DNA of 64,000 nt from Bythopirellula sp. GTDB lineage: Bacteria > Planctomycetota > Planctomycetia > Pirellulales > Lacipirellulaceae. Every line of letters starts with the position of its first letter. Positions within the stretch are counted from its first letter, which is position 1. The position numbers and the translations under genes are program-made. The stretch is from contig OZ244170.1 of the NCBI GenBank assembly GCA_965216565.1, forward strand, positions 4,288,001 through 4,352,000, in the 5' to 3' direction. The notes beneath the pieces were generated by a model, which was given only the letters and a program-made list of their open reading frames with translations, ran no database searches and was not told where the DNA came from. Of the stretch, positions 19,720 to 29,551 are shown one piece after another.

Positions 19720-19787
19720 TTTGAATTCGGATTTTAGATTGTTGAATTCGGGATAAAGATTCGGATTTCGAAGCCAGGATCTCGCAG

Positions 19788-20699
19788 TTAGAAGTAACCC
19801 TTGCGTTTCTTCTCTTCCATCGATCCAGCCTGGTCGTAGTCGATTACGCGGCCTTGACGCTCGCTAGTGGTTGCCAGCAACATTTCTTGAATGATCTCTG
19901 GGAGCGTTGTGGCGGTGGACTCCACGGCTCCGGTCAGGGGATAGCAACCCAGTGTGCGGAACCGAACCACACGTGGCTTGGCCTTGGCGGCCAACTCGGC
20001 TGGCATGCGATCGTCGTCAACCATGATCAGTGCTCCATCGACGTCCACTATCGGACGTTCTGCAGAAAAATAGAGCGGAACGATGGGAATCTTTTCCAAG
20101 TGGATGTATTGCCAAACATCGAGTTCCGTCCAGTTCGAGAGTGGAAAGACTCGGATGCTCTCGCCTTTGTGGACCTTGCCGTTGTAAAGGTTCCACAATT
20201 CAGGACGTTGGTTTTTTGGGTCCCAGCTGTGATTTTTGTCGCGGAAGGAATACACACGTTCTTTAGCGCGAGATTTTTCTTCGTCGCGGCGGGCCCCGCC
20301 AAAAGCGGCGTCGAACTTATACTTGTCGAGGGCCTGCTTCAAGGCATCAGTCTTCATGATGTCTGTGTGAACATCACTGCCGTGGGTATAAGGTCCCACG
20401 CCCTGCTTCACGCCTTCTTCGTTGGTATAGGCAATCAGATCCCAGCCGAGTTGTTTACGGATGAGGTTCTCGCGGAATTCGATCATCTCTCGGAATTTCC
20501 ACGTCGTATCAACATGCATCAAGGGAAATGGTGGCTTGCCTGGATAGAAAGCCTTTTCAGCCAAGCGGACCATTACCGAGGAGTCCTTGCCCACCGAATA
20601 CAACATTACGGGGTTATCAAATTCCGCGGCAACTTCGCGGATGATATGAATGCTCTCTGCTTCGAGTTGCTTGAGATGTGTCAGATTGTAGGAGCTCAT
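19788..20699 (-). CDS. cysD: Sulfate adenylyltransferase small subunit
   Basis: [48 protein letters not shown]. Confidence 0.97.
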   Translation of the reverse strand: MSSYNLTHLKQLEAESIHIIREVAAEFDNPVMLYSVGKDSSVMVRLAEKAFYPGKPPFPLMHVDTTWKFREMIEFRENLIRKQLGWDLIAYTNEEGVKQGVGPYTHGSDVHTDIMKTDALKQALDKYKFDAAFGGARRDEEKSRAKERVYSFRDKNHSWDPKNQRPELWNLYNGKVHKGESIRVFPLSNWTELDVWQYIHLEKIPIVPLYFSAERPIVDVDGALIMVDDDRMPAELAAKAKPRVVRFRTLGCYPLTGAVESTATTLPEIIQEMLLATTSERQGRVIDYDQAGSMEEKKRKGYF

Positions 20700-21109
20700 C
20701 GGCAGGCGGGAGTAAAGGTGATTTGAGGGACTCTGAAGAACGTTTTCGAACGAGTTCGAAATGTATGGATTTTAACGATCCACGTAGGCCAGACCCGCTA
20801 GTCTAAATGTCTGGCATGGACTGTTCAACTCGGCCCCCTGGCGGAAATCCGACTTTTTACCCTAAGTAGCGGCAAAACCCGACTCCCCCCTGCCAATTGG
20901 CAACTAGGAACTTCGACCTAAATTGTTGCAAAGAAACTCACTGGCCCTGATAATAGAGACCGAACACCGCTCCCAAGCAGATAGGCGGCGCTTCTCCTTT
21001 GACTATCGGAACAGAACCTCCCACGAGTAAGGCCTGCTAGCGAACGATATTTTCACGTCGTCAATATTCCGTTAGTTGCTTGTCTGGGATTGCGAATTTG
21101 GAACCGTCC

Positions 21110-22897
21110 ATGTGTAGATCCCTCCCTCGTGCTCTCGAACTAGGAAATCTCGCTCGCGCAGTGCTGGCGATGATCATTCTTAGTGGTCCAGTTCAGGCCA
21201 ACTGGCTTGATGACGTTGGGTGGAACGATCTTTCCGATTTACTCGGCAGTGATATGCCTACCGGCAATGGCGTGTTTATTTCGCAGGTCGAGGCCGGCCA
21301 GGGAGGAAATCAAAATCAATACTTCCCTGAAACTGACCCCAACAATACCGTTCACATAGACGCCGCGCTCGACCCTCTTGGCGAACTGCCTACTTTTGTG
21401 AACGGTAGTTCTGGCATGCACCCAAACCCTGCGGTTTCGTCGCATGCCACGAACGTCGTCGCAAATGTTTTCTACGGTGATAGAAACGGGCAGTCGCGCG
21501 GAGCCAATACAATCGTCGTCTATCAGGCGGATGACTATCTCAGGAATTTCTTGAATTGCGGTAATGGTACCGCCTGTAATGCAACAGCACCTGGCGACCC
21601 GGAATTTGTAGATCCAGCGGACAGCCAAACCAAGCAGTATGTGGTGCAGAACCATAGTTGGGCTGGAAGTTTGGGTGACGGTTTCGATATCCGCGCCCTT
21701 CGCAAGGTGGACTATCTGGCAGATGAGTTTGAGATCACCATGGTGGTTGGTGTGTCCAACGGCGATGCTGATCCCAATACTGGAACCCCTGCTCACCCGG
21801 CATTAGAGAACCTGCTGGCTCATGGCTACAATTCACTAGCCGTTGGAGTCTCGGCAGGCGACCATTCCATCGGACCCACGACTCTAAGCGGATATGGCAC
21901 CGGACGCCAGAAACCTTCGCTCGTATCACCCTTGAACTCGGCCAGTTCAGCGACTGGGACCGTGTCTGGTGCAGCAACGATCTTACACGACGCTGTAGGC
22001 GGAGCGTTTGCTAAACGAAGTGAGACTATGCGAGCCATCATTATGGCTGGGGCAACGAAAACAGAGTTTCTGAATTTCGTTGACCCTGAGACTTCCGCAG
22101 TCGACCCGTGGAGCCGTTCCTCCAGCCAACCTCTAGATGATATTTTGGGCGCGGGGGAGCTAAACGTCTTGGAAAGCTACCTGATCACGGAGGGTGGGCG
22201 AGCCGTGGGTGCGAAAACACCGTTTAATCCTGCTGACAGCGGATCCTACGGTTGGGATTACAACAACGTAACTTCCACAGACGTGAGGCACTACGAATTC
22301 GAGATTCCAGCAGGCAGTATCGCCCTCGATTTTTCGATCATGTTAACTTGGAACGTGGACATAAATCCAAGTTTCCTATCTCAAACGCTTGCCGACTTGA
22401 GCTTGACTTTGAAGGATGAAACCGACTCGGTCATCGAGTTTAGCAACAGTGCAGACGACAATGTCGAACACATTTACATCGGTGAGGGCCAGGCTCTCGA
22501 ATTTCTTGGTCCGGGCACATACACCCTAGAAGTCGCTGGCGATATCTCGCGCGACTATGGATTGGCTTGGAGAACTAGCACAGCCTTTGGCACCGATCCA
22601 AACAATTTAGTCGTGTCCGCAGACTTTGATCAAAACGGGATTGTCGATGGATTCGACTTTTTTGTCTGGCAGCAAAACGAAGGCATTCTGGTAGATGCAC
22701 TCCATGTTCAAGGCGATGCCGATGGCGATGGCGACGTGGACGGAGCGGACTTATCGATTTATGAAATGCAGTATGGCTCCTCGCCCACGCTGCCCTCAAT
22801 TGTCGGGATCCCAGAGCCTAACACATTCGTCCTGACTCTCTTAGTCGCCTTGGGCGGTGCCCTGCCCGTGCGACGCCGACGTACAGCACTTGCTTAG
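21110..22897 (+). CDS. Subtilase (S8)-like secreted protease with a dockerin-like repeat pair and PEP-CTERM
   Basis: QVEAG, SHATNVA, VGVSN, ASSATGTVSGAA, GAGELN; ADFDQNGIVDGFDF / GDADGDGDVDGADL; IPEP, TM helix, RRRR. Confidence 0.8.
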   Translation: MCRSLPRALELGNLARAVLAMIILSGPVQANWLDDVGWNDLSDLLGSDMPTGNGVFISQVEAGQGGNQNQYFPETDPNNTVHIDAALDPLGELPTFVNGSSGMHPNPAVSSHATNVVANVFYGDRNGQSRGANTIVVYQADDYLRNFLNCGNGTACNATAPGDPEFVDPADSQTKQYVVQNHSWAGSLGDGFDIRALRKVDYLADEFEITMVVGVSNGDADPNTGTPAHPALENLLAHGYNSLAVGVSAGDHSIGPTTLSGYGTGRQKPSLVSPLNSASSATGTVSGAATILHDAVGGAFAKRSETMRAIIMAGATKTEFLNFVDPETSAVDPWSRSSSQPLDDILGAGELNVLESYLITEGGRAVGAKTPFNPADSGSYGWDYNNVTSTDVRHYEFEIPAGSIALDFSIMLTWNVDINPSFLSQTLADLSLTLKDETDSVIEFSNSADDNVEHIYIGEGQALEFLGPGTYTLEVAGDISRDYGLAWRTSTAFGTDPNNLVVSADFDQNGIVDGFDFFVWQQNEGILVDALHVQGDADGDGDVDGADLSIYEMQYGSSPTLPSIVGIPEPNTFVLTLLVALGGALPVRRRRTALA

Positions 22898-22931
22898 TCT
22901 GTAAGTCTTAGCCTGCTGAGCCGTCCAGCAA

Positions 22932-23399
22932 TCATGAGTGCCGATTTACTTTCGATTCGTAAGCGGATATAGCTGAGGCCGAAGCCCGATCTATGTCATC
23001 GCTTACCGGTTTGTTCCGGCTGGCCAATGCGAGAGCCCCGGCAAGCAGACACAGCCCCGCCCCCCCCAACCTCAATAGTGTTGTCAGCCAAGGGCGACTG
23101 TTGCGAATGGCATCTACTTCTGCTTGAAGTTGGTTGAACTTCTCCTCAGCTGCTTCGACCTTCGATTTATCAATTTCGATTGGGTCACCTCCTGCGTCCA
23201 ATCCGGGATTGTCGCCAGCCGTGTGGTGAGCATATTGGTGAGAGAGGTTGTGAAATTCTCTTCTGGCTTGCTGGATCTCTTGAGCTTTTTCGGTGGTGAG
23301 CGTGTGCTGCCCCCCGAAGAGACCGCCATGCAGGAACGATGCCAAGAACAAAGCGATTCCGAGTGCGAAGAGTCCCTGCGCCGTTTTTTCGTCGCCCAT
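22932..23399 (-). CDS. Two-TM membrane protein with a coiled-coil loop
   Basis: Two hydrophobic helices; starts 3 nt after the DUF1559 gene stop. Confidence 0.7.
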   Translation of the reverse strand: MGDEKTAQGLFALGIALFLASFLHGGLFGGQHTLTTEKAQEIQQARREFHNLSHQYAHHTAGDNPGLDAGGDPIEIDKSKVEAAEEKFNQLQAEVDAIRNSRPWLTTLLRLGGAGLCLLAGALALASRNKPVSDDIDRASASAISAYESKVNRHS

Positions 23400-23402
23400 A
23401 AA

Positions 23403-24500
23403 TCAATCCTGCACGAGATTGACTGATTCCGAACCTTTTACGTCAATCAAATAGGCCATAGCAAAGGGGTCGATATCATTCGGTAGAAACTCTACGTGGC
23501 CATCGAGATAGGTGGAATTGACTCCACCGGGGTGCAAGCTGCGGGGGGCAGCTGAAGTATAACCACCGAATAGCCCAAACTTTCGATTCCACTTGTCACA
23601 AGGCATGCGTTCCAGTTCCGACTTAGCCAGGCTTGCGACCGAGCAACGTAGCAGCATATCGGAATTGGGTCCTAAGAAATTGGGCAATTGTACTTGTTCG
23701 ACGATGTATTGCGCGTTGAGGGGGATGTACGGACCAAAATTGCCTCCGTAACTCTTGTCGTGGTGCATATCGAAAGCCAGCAGTGAAGCCCCATTCCAAG
23801 GCAGTGCCCAGGCACCTCGTTCGTCCGTGTCGATCTCGATGGTTCGAACTTCGCTAAGCAGAATTGTGGAGCTAGTTCCGTCTTCGATATTTTTCAACTC
23901 TTGTCCTGAGGCGATGAGGGCTCCTGGATAGAGCATTTGCAGATTCGTGTGGTATGGGCTCGTGTACGCCGCATAGTTGCCTTTGGCGAATACTTTGCCA
24001 TTGGTGTTGGCTTCATCGAAATAGAATCTGCCGCGAGCGGCGTCGCTGGGACACAGCATCGATTCGATTGCATTCTGTTGAGGATTATTGTCTTGATCGA
24101 AGATGCTCTTCTTCAGGTCGAATTGATCGAAGAGGGCGCTCTGCTCCGCATAAGGAAGGAGCATGACCGCCCAACCAATCATCGGGCCACTCATTTGATC
24201 GAAAACTGGATACCTGCGGCGGCCAAATTTCATGGTCTTTTCTTCGACCAATCCGCTGGGCGGTAATTTGCCCTCAGCAGCTTCGTAACTTTGCACTGCC
24301 AACGAGAGTTGTTTGAGATTATTGGTGCACTGAATCCGGCGTGCTGATTCGCGTGCTGACTGTACGGCCGGCAACAGCAGTGAGATAAGAACGCCAATAA
24401 TGGCGATCACCACTAAGAGCTCCACCAAGGTGAATCCCGTCACCCAAGAGCGGCGCAGGGACACATCGCCAGAGTTTGAATTGCTTGTGTCCTGCGTCAT
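23403..24500 (-). CDS. DUF1559 prepilin-type cleavage/methylation protein (H-X9-DG)
   Basis: GFTLVELLVVIAIIGVLISLLLPAVQSARESARRIQCTNNLKQ; SLHPGGVNSTYLDGHV. Confidence 0.95.
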   Translation of the reverse strand: MTQDTSNSNSGDVSLRRSWVTGFTLVELLVVIAIIGVLISLLLPAVQSARESARRIQCTNNLKQLSLAVQSYEAAEGKLPPSGLVEEKTMKFGRRRYPVFDQMSGPMIGWAVMLLPYAEQSALFDQFDLKKSIFDQDNNPQQNAIESMLCPSDAARGRFYFDEANTNGKVFAKGNYAAYTSPYHTNLQMLYPGALIASGQELKNIEDGTSSTILLSEVRTIEIDTDERGAWALPWNGASLLAFDMHHDKSYGGNFGPYIPLNAQYIVEQVQLPNFLGPNSDMLLRCSVASLAKSELERMPCDKWNRKFGLFGGYTSAAPRSLHPGGVNSTYLDGHVEFLPNDIDPFAMAYLIDVKGSESVNLVQD

Positions 24501-24924
24501 GGAATGTTCCTGCAAGATTGCATCCTACTGGCCGATTGGCGAAAAGTGCCAGCGTGGAACTTGCCGACGTGGCTTATTTCATCCACGACCTGGCTGTGCG
24601 CCAAGCATCGGTCCGCACCGGCAGGTAGAAAGCTGCCCCCGAATCTGCTTCGCTACTCTTACCACTTGATTATAGGACAATACTACGAGAAAACCAATTG
24701 TTCGCCGAAGGTGATCTGCCGTACAAATCGTTCCCGGCGCCCCATTCAGCCAAAATCGTAGCCCAAAGCGATAGCAACTCTGTAGGACTAGTTCGCTGGT
24801 TCGAGACTTCTAGTGGCGGTCAAAATCGGTATACTCGGCGGTTTGTTTATCCAATTTAGGTGGAGCGCATATAGCAACACCGAATACTTAGTGAGTTGGA
24901 AAGTCAGAGAAGGAGCGAAACGCT

Positions 24925-25614
24925 ATGAAAACAACTATTCTAATCGGCGGTGCCATGTTAGTCGTCGGCCTTGGAAGCTGGGTGATTGCCCAGGAAAACA
25001 TGCCAGCCAAACCTCAGCAAGGTGAGCCCGTGAGCGAACAAAAAGTGACCAGTCAATATAGTTATGCCATTGGGTTGAATATTGGGCGCAACTTCAAATC
25101 GGAGGGTACGGCACTCGATCTCGAGACCCTATTAGCCGGAGTTCGGGACGGGCTTTCTGGTGAGAAACCAAAGTACGACGATGCGACTTGCGCACAAGCT
25201 TTGCAGCAGCTACAACAACGTCAAGCCAATGCCCATGTAAATAAGAATAAGGAATTCTTAGCACAGAATCGCCAGGCTGAAGGGGTCAAGGTTTTACCGA
25301 GCGGATTGCAATATAAGGTTCTAAAGCAAGGCGATGGCCCTACTCCTAGTTTGAACGATACTGTGCGAGCGCACTATACGGGTCGCTTTATCGATGGTTC
25401 AGTCTTCGATAGCTCGGTGGAAAGCGGCAAGCCATTCGTTACTCCCGTCACACGTGTAATCAAAGGTTGGACGGAAGCGCTAACCAACATGCAGGTTGGA
25501 TCGAAATGGTTGATCGTTGTGCCTAGCGAATTGGCATACGGCGAAACGGGTATGGGGCCAATTCCCCCCGATTCGACGCTCGTTTTCGAAATGGAATTAC
25601 TCGGCATCGAATAG
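24925..25614 (+). CDS. FKBP-type peptidyl-prolyl cis-trans isomerase (FkpA/Mip-like)
   Basis: SYAIG, LPSGLQY, HYTGRFIDGSVFDSS, VIKGWTEAL, LAYG, IPPDSTLVFEMELL. Confidence 0.95.
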   Translation: MKTTILIGGAMLVVGLGSWVIAQENMPAKPQQGEPVSEQKVTSQYSYAIGLNIGRNFKSEGTALDLETLLAGVRDGLSGEKPKYDDATCAQALQQLQQRQANAHVNKNKEFLAQNRQAEGVKVLPSGLQYKVLKQGDGPTPSLNDTVRAHYTGRFIDGSVFDSSVESGKPFVTPVTRVIKGWTEALTNMQVGSKWLIVVPSELAYGETGMGPIPPDSTLVFEMELLGIE

Positions 25615-25901
25615 TTAGAAAGCGGCAAACTAGAGGGCCAGCTATCTGGTGCAGGGGAGTCCCGGAGGGCAGGTCCCTAGGGGCGTTTCCTTAAGTGCTA
25701 CCCGTAAACTGGCGTTTCCTACAGCCCATTCCTTGCGGCCACCTCGACGATTGCCGCCAAAGTGCGCAATTTTCTTTGCACCGGCCCCCATGTGGGCTAC
25801 CTTTCAGGAAGCAGTGGGGGGTTGGCAAAGATATACGGTCTGCGTGCCAGGGTCCCTCAAGATGGTGGTAACTTCAAACTGGGAGAGAGTTTCGGCGATT
25901 C

Positions 25902-26038
25902 GAGAATTGTCGTGAGTGTTCTGAATCAGAACAAAAGTAAGACAATTCTCCTGCAATAGTGGGTCGAAATACGCGATTTGAGGTTTCCCACAGTTTTTGT
26001 TAGTACTTGGTTGCATGGCAGGAAACTCTAGCTAAAAT
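25902..26038 (+). promoter_or_regulatory. Nested palindrome (candidate operator) and putative promoter of the YTV gene
   Basis: GAGAATTGTC...GACAATTCTC (25902-25950) encloses TGTTCTGA-A-TCAGAACA; TTGCAT(26011)-16 nt-TAAAAT(26033). Confidence 0.45.
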
Positions 26039-26168
26039 CGCTGGAATACGCATTCGGCTTAGCTTTCGGAGCTTAGCCGTTTTACAGGACAGCGTTCGCG
26101 CAAGAGATACACAGCGCCAATTGTACTAATTCTTACATAGTTTTCGTTCGACAATGGAGGGCATCTAG

Positions 26169-27650
26169 ATGTCACGTAGTTTGTTTTCGCTGCTAACAGC
26201 AACAGCTTTGTTGGTTGCAGCACTTCCAGGTCAAGCCTGGGCTGGTTCTTGTGGAAGTTGTGGCTGCGGTTGTGCAGCGGCTTCCGATTGTGGCTGTGGA
26301 GATGCCTGCGGTAGCTCGTCTGCTTGCGGCGGTTCGGCTGCTGGTTGCGGCTGTGCACCACAGATGACAACTAGGACGGTCATGGTTCCGACTTACGTAG
26401 AAGAAATGCGTACGGTTACCACGACTCAATACAATCGCGAAGAGCGTACACGGACTTACACCGTGAACAAGCGTGTTCCTCGCACCGAAGAGCGAACCTC
26501 CAATTACACCGTGATGGTTCCAGAACAACGTAGCCGCACCGTAAACTACACAGTTTGCAAGCCGGTTACAGAGACCAAGACTCAAGAGTACACCGTTCAG
26601 GTTCCTTACACTGAGGAACAAGAGCAGAGCTACACCGTGATGGTTCCTTCTTACGAGGACAAGACCGTCACCTACACCGTTCAGGTTCCTTACACCGAGG
26701 AAAAAGAACAAAGCTACACCGTGATGGTTCCTTCGTATGAAGACAAGACCGTCAGCTACAGTGTGCAGGTTCCTTACACTGAGCAAAAAGAAGTTAGCTA
26801 CACAGTTTCGGTTCCTTACACCGAAGAGCGTCAAGGCAGCCGAACCGTGTCGAAGCGTGTTCCTGTGACTACGATGAAGACCGTAACGGTTAACTCCGGA
26901 CACTGGGAAACCCAGACCATGGAAGTTGGCTGCGGTGCTGGAAACGGCGGCGGCGGAGCTTGTGGTAGCGACTGTGGCTGCAATTCCTGCGGTGGTTGCG
27001 GATGCAATTCCTGTGGTTGTGCACCTCAGACTCGCACCGTATGTAAGCGAGTGTGGGTTCCTTCCTGCGAAACGAAGGAAGTACCTTGCACCACTTATCA
27101 ATGCACCACTGAAGAGGTTCCTTACACCTACACAGTGTGCCTGAGCCGTCAAGAAGAGCGAACTCGCACCGTCACTGTTAATAAGTGCCGCACTGAGTCT
27201 CGCGAAAAGACTGTTAAGGTTTGCAAGATGGTTCCAGAAGAACGAACTCGCACCGTCACTGTTCACAAGTGCCGCACCGAGGATCGTGAGCGAACTGTTA
27301 AGGTTTGCAAAATGGTACCAGAAGAACGAACTCGCACCATTACGCTTCACAAGTGTCGCCCCGAAACTCGCACCCGCGAGTATCAGGTCACACGTTACGA
27401 GCGTGAGCAGAAGTCTCGCGAAGTGTCCTACACTGTCTGCGTACCGCAACAGCGTACTCGCACTTACAACGTGACTGTTTACGACTGCGTGCCTGAAGAA
27501 AAGACCCAGACTTACACCGTATGCGTGCCAGTCCAGGTCGAGAAGCAGGTTCCCGTACGAGTGTGCAAGATGGTTGAGAAGACCATTGAAGTACCTTGCG
27601 GTGGCGGCGGATGCGGTTCGAGCTGCGGTGGCTGCGGCTGCTGCAACTAG
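26169..27650 (+). CDS. Secreted cysteine-rich YTV-repeat protein (planctomycete envelope/fibre type)
   Basis: Signal peptide ending AWA; YTVxVP repeats at 14-aa period; three Cys/Gly clusters; RBS GGAGG; strongly biased codons. Confidence 0.88.
   Translation: MSRSLFSLLTATALLVAALPGQAWAGSCGSCGCGCAAASDCGCGDACGSSSACGGSAAGCGCAPQMTTRTVMVPTYVEEMRTVTTTQYNREERTRTYTVNKRVPRTEERTSNYTVMVPEQRSRTVNYTVCKPVTETKTQEYTVQVPYTEEQEQSYTVMVPSYEDKTVTYTVQVPYTEEKEQSYTVMVPSYEDKTVSYSVQVPYTEQKEVSYTVSVPYTEERQGSRTVSKRVPVTTMKTVTVNSGHWETQTMEVGCGAGNGGGGACGSDCGCNSCGGCGCNSCGCAPQTRTVCKRVWVPSCETKEVPCTTYQCTTEEVPYTYTVCLSRQEERTRTVTVNKCRTESREKTVKVCKMVPEERTRTVTVHKCRTEDRERTVKVCKMVPEERTRTITLHKCRPETRTREYQVTRYEREQKSREVSYTVCVPQQRTRTYNVTVYDCVPEEKTQTYTVCVPVQVEKQVPVRVCKMVEKTIEVPCGGGGCGSSCGGCGCCN
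26589..26790 (+). repeat. Intragenic 84-bp tandem repeat (N-arm of the YTV protein)
   Basis: Units at 26589 and 26673 encode YTVQVPYTEExEQSYTVMVPSYEDKTVx; partial third unit from 26757. Confidence 0.85.
27153..27360 (+). repeat. Intragenic 84-bp tandem repeat (C-arm of the YTV protein)
   Basis: Units at 27153, 27237 and 27321 (partial) encode EERTRTVTVxKCRTExRExTVKVCKMVP. Confidence 0.85.
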
Positions 27651-27697
27651 TCACTGACTAGCGTTCATACGCTAGATTGAGTGATCAGTTAGCTATC

Positions 27698-27738
27698 AAA
27701 AGGGGCCAAGTCTCTTCGGGGACTTGGCCCTTTTTTTA
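27698..27738 (+). terminator. Rho-independent terminator, possibly bidirectional
   Basis: AAAAGGGGCCAAGTCTC-TTCG-GGGACTTGGCCC followed by TTTTTTT. Confidence 0.9.
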
Positions 27739-27937
27739 TGCCGACAGTCTCTCGGGAACGGAATTCTTAGAAAGTCGCTTTACAGGCAGGCCTATCCACC
27801 TTGCCGTATTCCTGCCGTGTTTGGTATATCCTGCATCCGATAGACACGATGTGCTAGCAATCGGCCCCCTGGCTATCGAGTAGGGCTGATTTCACGAGAG
27901 GGTGGAGAGCGCCTCCTGGGAGGTGTTATGCAAAGGA

Positions 27938-28873
27938 ATGCTACCGAAATCTATACGTATATTTGTCTCCGGCTGTCTATGCATTCTGAATGCGATGGTC
28001 GCCCAGGGTGCTGACGAAGCCCGCGTGCTGCCGCCCCCTGGAAGCGGCGTCTCTGCACCTGCTGAAGAAAACTTGCTTCTCGCTCCACCCGAGGAGTTGC
28101 TGACCGACCCCAAGCAAACCGAGGGGCTCCTTGAGGAGTCGATCACCGAAGCGATGGAGTCGGTCCCAGAGTTGCCTCTTGAGCCGGCACATTGGTACCA
28201 ACCGTCGTATTGGTTTGGACCAGCACCTTGGGATGTTGGATTTGAACTGGGCCTCAACGGTAGCGAGGGCGTGAACGAAGCACTAAGCCTTCGTTCGGGC
28301 GGCCACATCCGTCGCAAAACGAAGAATTGGAAAGTCGATAGTAGCCTCGTCTACAATAAAAACAGCGCCAACAACGTAGAGACACAGAACAACGCGCTCC
28401 TCGACTTGCGGCTGGATCGGTTCTTGAAAGATTCGCCCTGGTCGCTGTTCTTTCTCCACCAGACTCTCTACGACGAATTCCAGGCGTATGATCTACGCGT
28501 ATCAGCCAATGCCGGTTTGGGTTATGAATGCAGCTGCTACGAAGCCATCGAAACCATTCTCCGCTTCGGTGCTGGTACGTCTCGTGAATTTGGCGGTCCC
28601 GATAACGATTGGGCGCCTGAAGCCCTGATGGGTTTGGAGTACACGCATCAACTGACAAAAATGCAGCGTCTTGCTGCCAAGCTGGATTATTATCCTCAAT
28701 GGGATGATTTCACTCAGTATCGAGCCGTAGCCGATGTGGGTTGGGAGATTGATCTGGATCGCCCCAAGAATCTCAGCTTGAAGTTCTCGATTGTGGACCG
28801 CTACGACAGTACGCCCAACGGAGTCCAGCCGAACGAGTTGAACTACTCCGCTTTACTGATTTGGGGCCTCTAA
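27938..28873 (+). CDS. DUF481-family outer-membrane beta-barrel protein
   Basis: Signal peptide, Pro/Glu linker, ELGLNGSEG, YDEFQAYDLR, amphipathic strands with a terminal aromatic. Confidence 0.8.
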   Translation: MLPKSIRIFVSGCLCILNAMVAQGADEARVLPPPGSGVSAPAEENLLLAPPEELLTDPKQTEGLLEESITEAMESVPELPLEPAHWYQPSYWFGPAPWDVGFELGLNGSEGVNEALSLRSGGHIRRKTKNWKVDSSLVYNKNSANNVETQNNALLDLRLDRFLKDSPWSLFFLHQTLYDEFQAYDLRVSANAGLGYECSCYEAIETILRFGAGTSREFGGPDNDWAPEALMGLEYTHQLTKMQRLAAKLDYYPQWDDFTQYRAVADVGWEIDLDRPKNLSLKFSIVDRYDSTPNGVQPNELNYSALLIWGL

Positions 28874-29064
28874 ACAAGCTCTGAGGAGCATTCGATTGGG
28901 ATTTCGCACCCGCTGGTCGGAACCGCAGAGCTAGGCTATCATAAGCGGTTTCCGTCCAGACTGCTCCTCCCTCGTGGTAATTCAGCGTGGCAAATTCAAA
29001 AGCCCTTCCGCCCGATAGCCACGCCAGAAAGCCTCTCCACTCGATGCCGTTGCGAGCCTAAGTT

Positions 29065-29520
29065 ATGGACGAAGATCTGCTGCAGAACTTAGAGCAAACC
29101 CTGGCTCGCGAATTGCCGCTCTCTCGAGCGATGGAAATCGAAGTGGTCTGCTGGGATCGGGAGACCCTGGCAATGAAGATGCCTCTGGAACCCAACAAAA
29201 ACCACCAATACTCGGCATTTGCCGGCAGTCTGAATGCGCTATGCACCGTGGTCGGTTGGGGGACCATTTTTCTCTTACTGGCTCGTGAGGGGCTTTCCGG
29301 CAACGTCGTTATAAGACGGGGAAAGATTCGGTATCACCGTCCGGTCATAAGCTCAGAAATCACTGCTCGCGGCCTGCCTGTCGATGCAGAGCAACTCGAC
29401 TACTTTTTCGAGCTGATGCGAGACAAGGGAAAGTCGAAGCTCGATCTCGCAACTCAAATTGTAGATGACGAGGGAATCTTGGTTTCTTTTCAAGGCTCGT
29501 ACGTGGTTCTAGACGCTTAG
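29065..29520 (+). CDS. YiiD C-terminal-type hotdog thioesterase
   Basis: LPLSRAM, PLEPNKNHQYSAFAGSL, IRYHRPV, FQGSYVV. Confidence 0.85.
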   Translation: MDEDLLQNLEQTLARELPLSRAMEIEVVCWDRETLAMKMPLEPNKNHQYSAFAGSLNALCTVVGWGTIFLLLAREGLSGNVVIRRGKIRYHRPVISSEITARGLPVDAEQLDYFFELMRDKGKSKLDLATQIVDDEGILVSFQGSYVVLDA

Positions 29521-29551
29521 ATTTCACCAGCAAAACCTGGCCTCCTTTGCA

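Noticed and set aside
19720..19787. Short degenerate repeats (GAATTCGG/GATTCGG) between cysD and cysNC, with similar short tracts near 2835-2865
   Set aside because: Low-complexity spacer sequence; no inserted ORF or element boundaries
20685..20705. GATGAGCTCCTAC resembling the 3' end of a fluoride riboswitch
   Set aside because: It is the first codons of cysD (MSSY); the 5' half of the motif is absent
19854..20726. 290-aa antisense ORF over cysD, and similar shadows at 31387-32148, 45436-46068 and 61691-62320
   Set aside because: Overlap well-supported genes on the opposite strand; explained by codon bias
12340..20822. Shared CTGGCATGGACT upstream of cysH and cysD
   Set aside because: Opposite orientation relative to the two genes, different distances and not palindromic; likely chance
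26589..27360. 84-bp tandem repeats as a CRISPR array
   Set aside because: In-frame coding repeats without unique spacers; no cas genes
26193..27449. 418-aa antisense ORF opposite the YTV gene
   Set aside because: Shadow ORF: the sense arms have almost no Leu and few Ser codons (TTA/CTA/TCA), which removes antisense stops; no protein-like features
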